DNA from: Arcobacteraceae bacterium
GTDB taxonomy: Bacteria; Campylobacterota; Campylobacteria; Campylobacterales; Arcobacteraceae
Assembly: GCA_965224485.1 (NCBI GenBank)
Contig: CBDCZH010000015.1
Coordinates: 384,001-448,000 of the forward strand
Direction: 5' to 3'
DNA: 64,000 nucleotides
Shown here: one piece after another, positions 32,294 to 42,207 of the stretch
Layout of the letters: every line of letters begins with the position of its first letter
Numbering within the stretch: the stretch's first letter is position 1
Notes under the pieces: model-generated
What the model saw: the letters and a program-made list of their open reading frames with translations, nothing else
Told to the model about the DNA's origin: nothing
Database searches by the model: none
Position numbers and translations under genes: made by a program

Positions 32294-33154
32294 ATGAATA
32301 AATTTATCTTAATTTGTTGCTTATTTTTAACATCACTTTTTTCAAGATCACTTGATGAAATAAGAGAGAAAGGTTATATCATAGTTGCAGTATATGATAA
32401 TTTTCCTCCTTATTCTTATATGGAAAATAAGAAAATTAAAGGAATTGATGTTGATATTGCTAAAAAAATAGCAAAAAAAATGGGTCTTAAAATTAAATGG
32501 TATTTCACAGGTTCTGATGAAAATCTAGAAGATGATTTAAGAAATGTTATTTGGAAAGGACATTTAATTCATAAAAGTAAAGCTGATGTTATGTTTAGAG
32601 TTCCTTATGATTATGATTTTATAAGGCAAACAGATAAATCAACAGGTGAGCTTACAAATGAACTTGTAGTAATAAAATCACCTTATCAAACAGAGAGATG
32701 GGTGATTGTAACAAATAAAAAAGTCATTCCTGCGATTCCCAGTTTGGCAATTTTTAAATATCATAAAATTGCAGTTGAATTAGATACCTTACCAGATGCA
32801 TATTTAGGCACTTCTTTTAGAGGAGTTTTACAAAATAATATTAAACACTATAGAGATATTAAAGATGCTTTAAAAGATTTAGAAAATAAAAAGATTAATG
32901 CAGTTGCTGCATTAAAATCACAAGCAGAATTCTTTTTAAACTTCTTAGAAAATAAAGAAAAATACTTTATGAGTAAAGATATTCCTTATTCAAAATCAGT
33001 ATGGGACTTAGGGATAGCTGTACGAACTGATTTTAGAGCCTTATCTTATGAACTAGATGAACAAATTGAATCTTTATATAAAAGTGGTGAAATAAAAAAA
33101 ATATTCTTGAAATATGGTGTGTCATATGAAAAGCCACAAGCATATCAAAAATAA
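32294..33154 (+). CDS. Quinoprotein-associated periplasmic substrate-binding protein (PedG-like)
   Basis: SBP family 3 pattern: VYDNFPPYS, GIDVDIA, DENLEDDLRNVIWKG, ADVMFRVPYD. Confidence 0.8.
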   Translation: MNKFILICCLFLTSLFSRSLDEIREKGYIIVAVYDNFPPYSYMENKKIKGIDVDIAKKIAKKMGLKIKWYFTGSDENLEDDLRNVIWKGHLIHKSKADVMFRVPYDYDFIRQTDKSTGELTNELVVIKSPYQTERWVIVTNKKVIPAIPSLAIFKYHKIAVELDTLPDAYLGTSFRGVLQNNIKHYRDIKDALKDLENKKINAVAALKSQAEFFLNFLENKEKYFMSKDIPYSKSVWDLGIAVRTDFRALSYELDEQIESLYKSGEIKKIFLKYGVSYEKPQAYQK

Positions 33155-33174
33155 TTTGAAGTAAAGGATAATAT

Positions 33175-33942
33175 ATGTTAAAAAAATATTTGTATAAAAG
33201 TGTTTTAATTTTATTTATATTAACTCAAAGTTTATTGGCGAAACAAGACCCTTTAAACTCTCCAATGTGGAATGATGTTAAAAAAATGTTTTTAAGAAAT
33301 GAAGCTTTTGTTTTTGATAAAAAACAAATCATAATTAAAATTCCATCTTTTGCAGACAATGCTTTACACGTTCCAATTTATATTGATGCAAGTTTTTATA
33401 AAGAGGCTTCACGATTAATAGTTTTTGCTGATTTAAATGCAATTATTCCCTTACTTGACATGAAACTCTCAGGTCTTTTACCTGTTATATCAGTAAACAT
33501 GAAAATAGCACAAGGAACACCCCTAAGAGCTGCAATTAAAGACAAAAATGGCTTATGGCACATAAGCAGCGCCCAAATTAAAAGTTTTGGAGGAGGATGC
33601 TCTGTTGCTAGTGAAGCTAGTTTATTTGAAAATAAGAATAAGTACTTAGGAAAGTATAAAATCAATATATTTTCCCTTAAGAATAAAAATAGAATTAAAC
33701 TCTCAATTTACCATCCTATGGATACAGGTCTTTTTATAGGGAATCCTGAGTTCTTTATAAATAAAATCAAAATTTCATCAAATCAGAAAACTTTAGCTTT
33801 AATTAAAACATATGCTTCCATTAGTGAAAATCCAAGATTTATTTTTGAAACTAATTTAAAATATAAAGAGTTTACTATTGAACTAAGTGATACAGATGGG
33901 AATGAGTTTAAAGTTAAAACTAAAACTAAGGAAATAAAATGA
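33175..33942 (+). CDS. Quinoprotein-dehydrogenase-associated SoxYZ-like carrier
   Basis: DPLNSPMW, P.FADN, GGGCS (SoxY-like cysteine), HPMDTGL, ISENP (SoxZ-like). Confidence 0.85.
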   Translation: MLKKYLYKSVLILFILTQSLLAKQDPLNSPMWNDVKKMFLRNEAFVFDKKQIIIKIPSFADNALHVPIYIDASFYKEASRLIVFADLNAIIPLLDMKLSGLLPVISVNMKIAQGTPLRAAIKDKNGLWHISSAQIKSFGGGCSVASEASLFENKNKYLGKYKINIFSLKNKNRIKLSIYHPMDTGLFIGNPEFFINKIKISSNQKTLALIKTYASISENPRFIFETNLKYKEFTIELSDTDGNEFKVKTKTKEIK

Positions 33943-34844
33943 AAATACTTAGCTTATGTCTTTTATTTTATATTTCACTATTTGCACAAGAGTTTGATTT
34001 TAATTTAAAAGCAGAAAAAATCACAAAAGATACTTATATGGTAAAGGGCAAAAAAGAGTATTTTTCGCAAAATAATGCAGGAGATATTGCAAATAGTTCT
34101 TTTATTATTACAAGTAAAGGAATTATTGTAATAGATACAGGCTCGTCATATTTATATGGTAAACAATTAGTAAAACTTATTCGAACAATAAGTTCAAAAA
34201 AAATAGTTTATGTAATAAATACTCACCACCATCCTGATCATTTTTTAGGTAATCAAGCTTTTAAAAATTCTAAAATTCTAGCAACAGCTTATTCAAAAAA
34301 TTATATTCAAAAAAATGGAAATGACTATATTCTAAATTTAGTTAATATTATTCAGTATGCGATGAAAGAAACAGAAGTATTAGCCCCTACAAACATTCTT
34401 AAAGATAAGTATTTGCACCTTGGAAATCATAAGCTAAGAATTTTATATCTAAAAGGTCATACCTCAAGTGATATAGCCTTATATGATGAAAAAACTAAAG
34501 TCTTATTTGCTTCTGACTTAGTATTTAATAATAGAATCGCAGCAACTCCACATGCCAATATAAAACAATGGATTAGAAGTTTGAGTTTACTAGAAAAAAT
34601 AAATTATTCATATTTAGTACCTGGTCATGGAAAAGTATCAAAAAACAAACAAGCTATAAAACAAACTATTTCTTATTTAAAATACTTAGATAAAGTACTA
34701 AAAGATTCAGCAAAAAAAGGTCTAAGCGTTTTTGAAATTTTAGAGCTACAAAGACCAAAAGAGTTTCAAAACCTCTCTATGGTTAAAGATGAATTTGAAC
34801 GCTCAGTTATAAACTTATATCCTAAATACGAAGATCTAAAATAG
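33939..34844 (+). CDS. Quinoprotein relay system zinc metallohydrolase (MBL fold)
   Basis: IDTG, THHHPDHFLGNQAF, GHT, VPGHG. Confidence 0.85.
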   Translation: MKILSLCLLFYISLFAQEFDFNLKAEKITKDTYMVKGKKEYFSQNNAGDIANSSFIITSKGIIVIDTGSSYLYGKQLVKLIRTISSKKIVYVINTHHHPDHFLGNQAFKNSKILATAYSKNYIQKNGNDYILNLVNIIQYAMKETEVLAPTNILKDKYLHLGNHKLRILYLKGHTSSDIALYDEKTKVLFASDLVFNNRIAATPHANIKQWIRSLSLLEKINYSYLVPGHGKVSKNKQAIKQTISYLKYLDKVLKDSAKKGLSVFEILELQRPKEFQNLSMVKDEFERSVINLYPKYEDLK

Positions 34845-34850
34845 TAGACG

Positions 34851-36305
34851 CTATTTTAGATTTTTAATAAATTTTAATAATAACCTAACACTAGAACCGC
34901 TAGCCCCTGCCTTATTATAAGCCCAAGATTTTTCATGAAAAGCACTTCCTGCAATATCTAAATGTAACCACTTATTTTTATTTTTATTTTTAATAAATTT
35001 ATCTAAAAACATAGAAGCTAAAATAGTCCCACCACCTGTACTTCCTGTTGAATTAGTAATATCTGCAATATTACTTTTAATTATTGGAAATAAATATCTA
35101 TTATAAGGTAAAACTCCAATAAGTTCTCCTGTTTGATTTGAAGCTTTTTGCATCTTCTTCTTTAAGTTTTTATTATGTCCCATAACAGCTGTAGTATAAG
35201 AGCCAAGAGCTGTTATACAAGATCCTGTTAATGTTGCAATATCAAAAATATAATCAATATTTTTAAGCTCATCTTGAGCATAACATAAACAATCCGCTAA
35301 AACTAAACGCCCTTCGGCATCTGTATTTCGCACTTCAATACTTGTACCATTTTTAGCTATTAATATATCTCCTGGTTTAAAAGCATCTGCACCTATCATA
35401 TTTTCAACAGCACCTATAATTCCATGAACTTCATAATCACAAGCCAAACTCTCTAAAGATTTCATAATTCCTAAAACAGCAGCACCCCCTGCTTTATCAC
35501 ATTTCATATTTATCATACCAAGAGATGATTTTAAAGACAAGCCCCCACTATCGTAAGTTAAACCTTTTCCAACAAGGACAATAACACCTTTTTCTTTTTT
35601 ACTAAAAGAATTAGAATTTTTATCTTCTTTTGGTTTATACGTTAAATGAATTAATTGGCTCTCATGTCTAGAAGCACGTCCAACAGCATACATTGCATTC
35701 ATATTATTTTTCTGTAAATAATCCTCACCTAAAATCTTGCACTCTAAAGAACTATTTCTTGCAATATTTCTAGCAACTTCACTCATTGTTTTTGGATTAA
35801 AATCTTCTGCTGTTGTATTTACAATATCTCTAACCATATTTACATTTTCACAAATACTACTACAAGAGTTTAGTATTTTTTTTAAATCATCTTCTTTTAT
35901 TAAAGAATTTTTAATATCAATAAAAACATCAAACTTTTTCTTAATTTTTTCTTTTTTATATTTTAAAAATGCATACTCACCTAATAATAGACCTTCTATC
36001 AGGTCTTCTAACGCAAGCTCTTTTTCTTGTGAAACTAAAGATATGAGAATCTTTTTATATTTGGTTTGTTTAAGTTTGTTAATTGCAACAGAACAAGCAA
36101 TTTTCAAATCTTCTTCTTTTAATTTATTAAGACCTACAAATAATCTTTGTTTATAAAAAACACTTTGAGCCTCTTTTGCTTCAAAACCTATATCATTTAA
36201 ATATTTTTTATCACTTTTTTCTAAATTTTTAAGATTTTTTAAAAAAATTATATGTATATCTTCTTTTATATTTTCAAAACTTGTATTTATTAAATTAATT
36301 TTCAT
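34851..36305 (-). CDS. pepA: Leucyl aminopeptidase (M17)
   Basis: GKGLTYDSGG, MKCDK, NTDAEGRL, DIATLTG, HLDIAG. Confidence 0.93.
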   Translation of the reverse strand: MKINLINTSFENIKEDIHIIFLKNLKNLEKSDKKYLNDIGFEAKEAQSVFYKQRLFVGLNKLKEEDLKIACSVAINKLKQTKYKKILISLVSQEKELALEDLIEGLLLGEYAFLKYKKEKIKKKFDVFIDIKNSLIKEDDLKKILNSCSSICENVNMVRDIVNTTAEDFNPKTMSEVARNIARNSSLECKILGEDYLQKNNMNAMYAVGRASRHESQLIHLTYKPKEDKNSNSFSKKEKGVIVLVGKGLTYDSGGLSLKSSLGMINMKCDKAGGAAVLGIMKSLESLACDYEVHGIIGAVENMIGADAFKPGDILIAKNGTSIEVRNTDAEGRLVLADCLCYAQDELKNIDYIFDIATLTGSCITALGSYTTAVMGHNKNLKKKMQKASNQTGELIGVLPYNRYLFPIIKSNIADITNSTGSTGGGTILASMFLDKFIKNKNKNKWLHLDIAGSAFHEKSWAYNKAGASGSSVRLLLKFIKNLK

Positions 36306-36395
36306 ATCTAGCTTCCTAATATATTTTTATTTATAAAGTACAAGTATAGGTATATTAATACATTTTTAACTTAAGAAAAAAACTTTGTTCTTCTT

Positions 36396-39300
36396 TTATA
36401 TAATAATTCTTTCTTCTAATAATCTAATTGCTTCTTTAGCTTTAACAGCAGAAGAGATAAAATGTCCTTGATAAAAATAAGAATCTTTTTTTACTAAATA
36501 TTCTATATCTTCTAAACTTTCAACTCCTTCAACAATTAAATTAATATCTAATTTTCTAGAAATACTAACTATCATTTCTATAATGCTTTCATTAACTTCT
36601 AAATCTTTATTAATTATAAAACTTTTATCTAATTTGATGGTATTAATTGGTAACTTACTTATATAATTTAAAGAAGAAAAACCAATGCCAAAATCATCAA
36701 TAGAACAAGATAAACCTAATTCTCTTAGTTCATATAATTTTTTCATTGCTAAATCAATATTTTTAAACATTGAAAGTTCTGTTATTTCTAACTCTAAATA
36801 TTTACTAGGAATTTTCATCTGTGTTAATATATCTTTTAGTTTAGAAATAAAATCAATTTGTTCAAATTCTAAAGATGAAATATTTATAGAAATTTTTATA
36901 TTATCTAAATCAACTCCTTCCTCTAGCCATTTACTTATTTGTTCGCAACACTCTTGTAAAACCCATTTTCCTATATCAATAATTAAAGAAGATTGTTCAG
37001 CTATATAAATAAAATCATTTGCTTTTATTAATCCTTTTATTGGATGATTCCATCTAATTAATGCTTCATAGCCTATAATTTTTTTAGTTTCATAATTATA
37101 CTTAGCTTGATAATATAGTTCAAATTCATTATTTACTAAAGCTTTTCTCAAATCATTTTCAACTTTTAGATAATTTTTTGAATTTAAATCTAGAGCATCA
37201 TAATAAAATATAATTTTATTCTTACCTTTTTCTTTTGCCATATACATAGCACTATCAGCATTTTGTATTATTTGTTCTACATTTTTTTCAAACTCAGGGA
37301 AGAGTGAAATTCCGATACTAGGTGTAGTAGTTAATTTATAAGTATCAATTACTAAGGCTTCATTTAACGCTTCATTAATTTTAAAAGCAAACTTTTCAAC
37401 ATCAACAACAGCTTGCTGTCTATTTGATCCTAAATTTGGTACCATTATAATAAATTCATCTCCGCCTAAACGAACAACTAAATCACTCTCTCTTGAAATC
37501 TCAAGTAAAATACTTGCTATTTTTTTTAATAATTTATCACCAATATGATGTCCTAAAGAATCGTTTATATATTTAAAGTTATCTAAATCTAAAAACAATA
37601 AAGCTCCAAAATGGTTATATCTATTTGCAGAAGTTATACTTTGATTTAATCTATCTTCTAAAACTATTCTATTATATAAACCAGTTAGATTATCATGCTG
37701 TATTTCATAAATTAATTTTTCTTCATTCTTTTTAAGCTCTGTAATATCAAAAAACTGAGCAATATAATGGGTAGTTAGCCCTTCTTTATTTTTAATAGCA
37801 GTTATTGTAGTTTTTTCTGGATAAATTTCTCCATTTTTTCTTTTATTATACAACTCTCCACTCCAAAAGCCATCTTTTATTAATATATCCCACATATTCT
37901 CATAAAACGAAAGAGAATGTCTCCCTGATTGTAAAATATTTGGATTTTGTCCTAATACTTCTTCTTGTGAATAACCAGTTATAGTGCTAAAAGCATTATT
38001 TATTTTTACTATCTTTGCATCCAAATCTGTAATTGCCATAGCTTCTTGTGAATCAAAAGCATAAGCTGCGATTCTTAACTCTTCTTCATATTTTAAACGA
38101 ACTAACTCTTTTTTCTCTTTTAACAAACCATAAGATAAATCATTTGCCATTTTTTCTAGTATTGAAATAATATCTTTATCAAAATAATTTATTTTATTAG
38201 AACAAAAAGATATTAAACCAACTAATATATCATCTTTGAATAAGGGGTAAATTGCTAGTGATTTAAAATAATTTTTTATTTCTAGTGTTAAATCTAAAGA
38301 AGACTTATCATCTTTTATATTATCAAGAACTATAGCTTGTTTTTCAAAAAATACTTTTTGATAAGCTGACGATTTTTTATTTGCATTAAAATCCATAATA
38401 TTTATAGCATTCTTACAAGAACTTTGAATAATTTCTAATTCATCATTTTTATTTAAAAGTGCAACAAAAGTTAAAGATAAATCAAGCTCTTTTGTTGCTA
38501 ATACACAGGCTTGTTTTAAAACATCTTGCATTTTATAATCATAAATTATAAGCTCATTAGTATTACTTAAAATATTATATATTTGTTTCAATTTATTTAG
38601 ATTTGAAAAATTTTCCTGCTCTTTTGAAGTTAGTTTTTTAAGCATTATTATTGAAAGTAACACAGAGCTTATACCAACGAAAAAGTATGCTAAAGTATAA
38701 ATAAAACTTAAATATATCTCATTTCTTTTTTTACTTGCTTTTTGTAAAACTTTACTCATATAATAATCTACAGTTTTTCCCATAGCATTAATTCTATTTG
38801 TAGAAACTAACCACCAGTCTTCAAGACTTGAAATAGTTAGTTTTTCTGTAAAAGAGATAAAAAAATCTTTTCTATATTTATTTACTTTATTGCTAATAAT
38901 ATTATTAAGATTTTTATTTAGATAATTCAAAGTATCAATATCTACAGAATCTTTAAATTTGTTAATATTTTGATTTTGTAATAAAATACTTTTAATAACA
39001 TTATTATATATATTTAATGTAATTATTTTTTCAGATGAAAAACTATTTGTTAGTAAAGCACGTTCTAATCCAGCATACTCTTTAGCACTAATAATACTTA
39101 TAATAGAATATAATTGTTTATTAAAATTTAATTTTTCTTCTTTTAGAAGAATTTCAGACATAGAATTTATAATACTTAATGTTAATTTATTATATTTATT
39201 TATATGCACTTCTATTTTTATTTTTAAATTTATTGCATCTTCTCTCATAGCATTTAGAAAGTACAGTTTTTCTTGTATATCTTTAATACTATTTTCAACC

Positions 39301-39620
39301 GCTTTTAATTTAAAATTATTTTTAGAAATAAAAGAGATATACTCATTTATGGCTTTATTTGATTTTATCTTCTGATTTATAAACTCATTTTTAAAAAAGA
39401 TTCCTTTTGAAGAAAGATAAGCGGTTGATATTCCTCTCTCTTTTTGAATATTATTTAATAAGTATTCTGCTTTTTTAACATAAGTTATTCCTCTGTCAAT
39501 ACTAGATAATTTGTTCAGAAGCTTATACTCTTTACTTATATATAAAGTACTATAAAACAGCATCCCAATTACTGGTACTAAGAAAATCAGAATCATTTTA
39601 ATAAAAATATTTTTGTTCAT
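36396..39620 (-). CDS. NIT-GAF-PAS-GGDEF-EAL protein
   Basis: IQKERG and KEYAGLERA (NIT), GAF-like segment, PAS, GGDEF, EALIRW, IDDFG. Confidence 0.9.
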   Translation of the reverse strand: MNKNIFIKMILIFLVPVIGMLFYSTLYISKEYKLLNKLSSIDRGITYVKKAEYLLNNIQKERGISTAYLSSKGIFFKNEFINQKIKSNKAINEYISFISKNNFKLKAVENSIKDIQEKLYFLNAMREDAINLKIKIEVHINKYNKLTLSIINSMSEILLKEEKLNFNKQLYSIISIISAKEYAGLERALLTNSFSSEKIITLNIYNNVIKSILLQNQNINKFKDSVDIDTLNYLNKNLNNIISNKVNKYRKDFFISFTEKLTISSLEDWWLVSTNRINAMGKTVDYYMSKVLQKASKKRNEIYLSFIYTLAYFFVGISSVLLSIIMLKKLTSKEQENFSNLNKLKQIYNILSNTNELIIYDYKMQDVLKQACVLATKELDLSLTFVALLNKNDELEIIQSSCKNAINIMDFNANKKSSAYQKVFFEKQAIVLDNIKDDKSSLDLTLEIKNYFKSLAIYPLFKDDILVGLISFCSNKINYFDKDIISILEKMANDLSYGLLKEKKELVRLKYEEELRIAAYAFDSQEAMAITDLDAKIVKINNAFSTITGYSQEEVLGQNPNILQSGRHSLSFYENMWDILIKDGFWSGELYNKRKNGEIYPEKTTITAIKNKEGLTTHYIAQFFDITELKKNEEKLIYEIQHDNLTGLYNRIVLEDRLNQSITSANRYNHFGALLFLDLDNFKYINDSLGHHIGDKLLKKIASILLEISRESDLVVRLGGDEFIIMVPNLGSNRQQAVVDVEKFAFKINEALNEALVIDTYKLTTTPSIGISLFPEFEKNVEQIIQNADSAMYMAKEKGKNKIIFYYDALDLNSKNYLKVENDLRKALVNNEFELYYQAKYNYETKKIIGYEALIRWNHPIKGLIKANDFIYIAEQSSLIIDIGKWVLQECCEQISKWLEEGVDLDNIKISINISSLEFEQIDFISKLKDILTQMKIPSKYLELEITELSMFKNIDLAMKKLYELRELGLSCSIDDFGIGFSSLNYISKLPINTIKLDKSFIINKDLEVNESIIEMIVSISRKLDINLIVEGVESLEDIEYLVKKDSYFYQGHFISSAVKAKEAIRLLEERIII

Positions 39621-39804
39621 AATTTTTTCCTAATATTAAGATTACATTAAGTTATTATACTAAAATATTTATTTTAGTTAACTTAGTTTGTCACAAAATG
39701 AAACTTTATATTTGAAATATAACGTTCAAGTATATTTAGCTTAATTTATTATTTTGACTTAAAATAAAGATAATTTTGATAATATTATATAAAGAAGGAA
39801 TATA

Positions 39805-40005
39805 ATGATTTTAATAGTTAATGGAGAAGAAAAAGAGTTTGACGAAAAAATTTCTTTACAAGAAGTAATAAGCTCACTAAAAATAGAAGATAAAGTAATG
39901 GCAGCAGCTATTAATATGAATATTGTAAAAAAAGATGACTGGAAAAGTTATATACCCGTACACAATGATAAACTAGAATTATTACAATTTGTAGGTGGTG
40001 GTTGA
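39805..40005 (+). CDS. thiS: Sulfur carrier protein ThiS
   Basis: 66 aa, VNGE start, C-terminal FVGGG. Confidence 0.92.
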   Translation: MILIVNGEEKEFDEKISLQEVISSLKIEDKVMAAAINMNIVKKDDWKSYIPVHNDKLELLQFVGGG

Positions 40006-40338
40006 TTGTCAAGAAGTAAAGGAGATATTGCAGAAAAGAAAGCTTGTTTATTTTTGCAAAAAAAAGGTTTTAAAATACTTGAACAAAACTTTTATGCAAA
40101 AAAACTAGGAGAAATTGATATTATTGCTCTTAAAGATGATATTTATCATTTTATAGAAGTAAAATCTTCTACTTCTTATGAAACAGCAATTAATAACCTA
40201 AGTGCTTCAAAACTTAACAAATTAAAACAAAGTATTTCATACTATTTACAAAAAAATAAACTAGACGTTTATTATTGTTTAGACGCAGTTATTCTAATAG
40301 AAGATGATATAGAATTTTTAGAAAACATAACAATATAA
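40006..40338 (+). CDS. YraN family putative endonuclease
   Basis: G..AE..A, GEIDII, FIEVK. Confidence 0.9.
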   Translation: MSRSKGDIAEKKACLFLQKKGFKILEQNFYAKKLGEIDIIALKDDIYHFIEVKSSTSYETAINNLSASKLNKLKQSISYYLQKNKLDVYYCLDAVILIEDDIEFLENITI

Positions 40339-40355
40339 AACTAAAACTAAATTAA

Positions 40356-40430
40356 AACCCACAACCTACAACATACAACCCACAACCTACAACTTACTAA
40401 CATAGCAACTTACAAACTTACCTACAACCT
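40356..40430. repeat. Degenerate 7-bp tandem array (ACAACCY / ACAACWT)
   Basis: AACCCAC AACCTAC AACATAC AACCCAC AACCTAC AACTTAC..., between convergent genes. Confidence 0.8.
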
Positions 40431-41172
40431 AACTAACCGTAACCCTATTCTTTCCTTCATTCTTACTCAAATAAAGGTTTTTATCAACTTTTTCTATTTG
40501 CACTCTCAACTCATCTTCTTTATTTAATTCAACAACTCCAAAACTAGCAGTTACTTCAAACTTACAGGAAAATTGGTATTCTTGAATAACTTTTCTAAAT
40601 CGTTCAGCTAAAATAGAAGCATTATTTCTATTGCTATATGAACATAAAATAATAAACTCTTCCCCACCCCATCTGATAAATCTATCACTTTTTCTAGCAG
40701 CTTTATGTAAAATTGAAGAAAGCTCTTTTAAGACAAGATCACCAACATCATGACCACAGCTATCATTGATATTTTTAAAATTATCTATATCTAGCATTAT
40801 CAAAGAAGAGTGATATTTTTTATCAAGAAGAAAATCAATTTCATTTTTAATTAAAGCAGCACCTTTTCTTCTGTTTAAAATACCAATTAAAGGATCAGTA
40901 TTTGCTTTTTTTATCAAATATTTTAATTCAAAAAACCTTCTTAAAATAAAAATCATAAAGAGAAAAGAAGACAAAGCAAAGGTTAAAATAATTTCATCTA
41001 ACTCATATTCTTCATGATTTCTTGTATATTCATACAATAATTCACTTGCTTCTATATAGTTAAGATAAATTCCCATAAATAAAATAGAAGTACATAAAAT
41101 AATGCTATCAAAGAGTATTGTTCTAGTGTCTGAAAATTTATTCCTCGCTTTTTTAAGAATACTAGTGTACAT
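40429..41172 (-). CDS. Membrane-anchored diguanylate cyclase
   Basis: Two TM segments, DIDNFK.IND..GH, RWGGEEF. Confidence 0.9.
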   Translation of the reverse strand: MYTSILKKARNKFSDTRTILFDSIILCTSILFMGIYLNYIEASELLYEYTRNHEEYELDEIILTFALSSFLFMIFILRRFFELKYLIKKANTDPLIGILNRRKGAALIKNEIDFLLDKKYHSSLIMLDIDNFKNINDSCGHDVGDLVLKELSSILHKAARKSDRFIRWGGEEFIILCSYSNRNNASILAERFRKVIQEYQFSCKFEVTASFGVVELNKEDELRVQIEKVDKNLYLSKNEGKNRVTVS

Positions 41173-41234
41173 TTATATCCATTCGTCTAAATTTACAATT
41201 ATACTAATTATACAATATATTTTATTAAAGAATA

Positions 41235-41906
41235 TTATTTATCCTTTAAGTGCATTGATATAGTTTTATATTCAGATATTTTTTTTGGTTTAATGTCTAA
41301 GATTTCAGCCAAAGATTTAACACCCATTGAAAGTAAGTATTGTAAGTTTGAATCAAAACTAGCTTCTTCAATTACAAAAATATTATCTTTATGTACCTCA
41401 AACATATACCCTCCATTTGGAATAGGAGTCATTGATAAAGTAACAGTATAATGGTCTTTTACTACAGACTCTTTATTTGAGTACATTAAACCAATGTTAT
41501 AACCTTCTTTTGCAAAACCTTTTATTAAAACTACTAATACTTTTTGCTCGCCAGATTTAGAAGTATTAAAAATATTTATTAACTCTTTTATAGTCTCATA
41601 ACCAGGAATTTTGGAATAGATTTTTTGAATACTATTACCTAACTTAGTTTCAACAAAGATACCTATAGTAAAAGCTATAAAAGCCAATAAAATAACTCCT
41701 ATAAGAGTCCATAAAATAGGGAAATGCTGTGGATTTAAACCAATTATTTGAAATAAACTTCCAGTTAAAGCATCAATTTTTTCATATACCCATAAAATAA
41801 TTATTGTTATTGCTATTATTGGAGCTAACCAAAAAAGTCCTTTTATAATTACTGTAAAAAAATGGTTTTTTCCTGCTGCATAGAAACTTTTTAATTTATT
41901 AATCAA
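41235..41906 (-). CDS. DUF502 family membrane protein
   Basis: Two TM segments, KIPG...IK, MTPIPNGGY. Confidence 0.75.
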   Translation of the reverse strand: MINKLKSFYAAGKNHFFTVIIKGLFWLAPIIAITIIILWVYEKIDALTGSLFQIIGLNPQHFPILWTLIGVILLAFIAFTIGIFVETKLGNSIQKIYSKIPGYETIKELINIFNTSKSGEQKVLVVLIKGFAKEGYNIGLMYSNKESVVKDHYTVTLSMTPIPNGGYMFEVHKDNIFVIEEASFDSNLQYLLSMGVKSLAEILDIKPKKISEYKTISMHLKDK

Positions 41907-41979
41907 ATTAATCCTTTAATACTTTTTTTAATTATAAATTATATCATTTCTAAGGTAATTTTATGTGTTTTTTGAATGT

Positions 41980-42102
41980 AAAAAAAGAAGTTAAGCCAAA
42001 AAACTTAAACTCTTTACTCATCAATCATTTGGGAGGAAGAAGTGATGAATTGCTAAAGCATAAAGAGCTAAGTTAAATGGTACTTGTATATAAAAATTAG
42101 TA
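41980..42102 (-). ncRNA. Candidate structured small RNA (or attenuator leader) with CU-rich loop
   Basis: Regulon-type promoter upstream, nested stems around the loop CUUCUUCCUCCC, terminator-like hairpin plus U7, no evident ORF. Ends are estimated. Confidence 0.55.
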
Positions 42103-42108
42103 CACAAA

Positions 42109-42140
42109 ATGATAACAAAGTACAATAGCAAAAACATAGC
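42109..42140 (-). promoter_or_regulatory. Regulon-type promoter for the candidate sRNA
   Basis: Sense strand GCTATG-TTTTT-GCTATT-N9-TATCAT. Confidence 0.65.
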
Positions 42141-42207
42141 AAAATATTTTTTAATAAATTTTATTTAATTACATTTATTGTATAATCTTATTAAATAAGG
42201 AAAACTT

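Noticed and set aside
33175..33942. Sox thiosulfate-oxidation cluster
   Set aside because: No soxABX or soxCD in the window; the fused carrier sits in a quinoprotein operon.
40356..40430. CRISPR array
   Set aside because: 7-bp tandem units without spacers and no cas genes; the same applies to 63252-63316.
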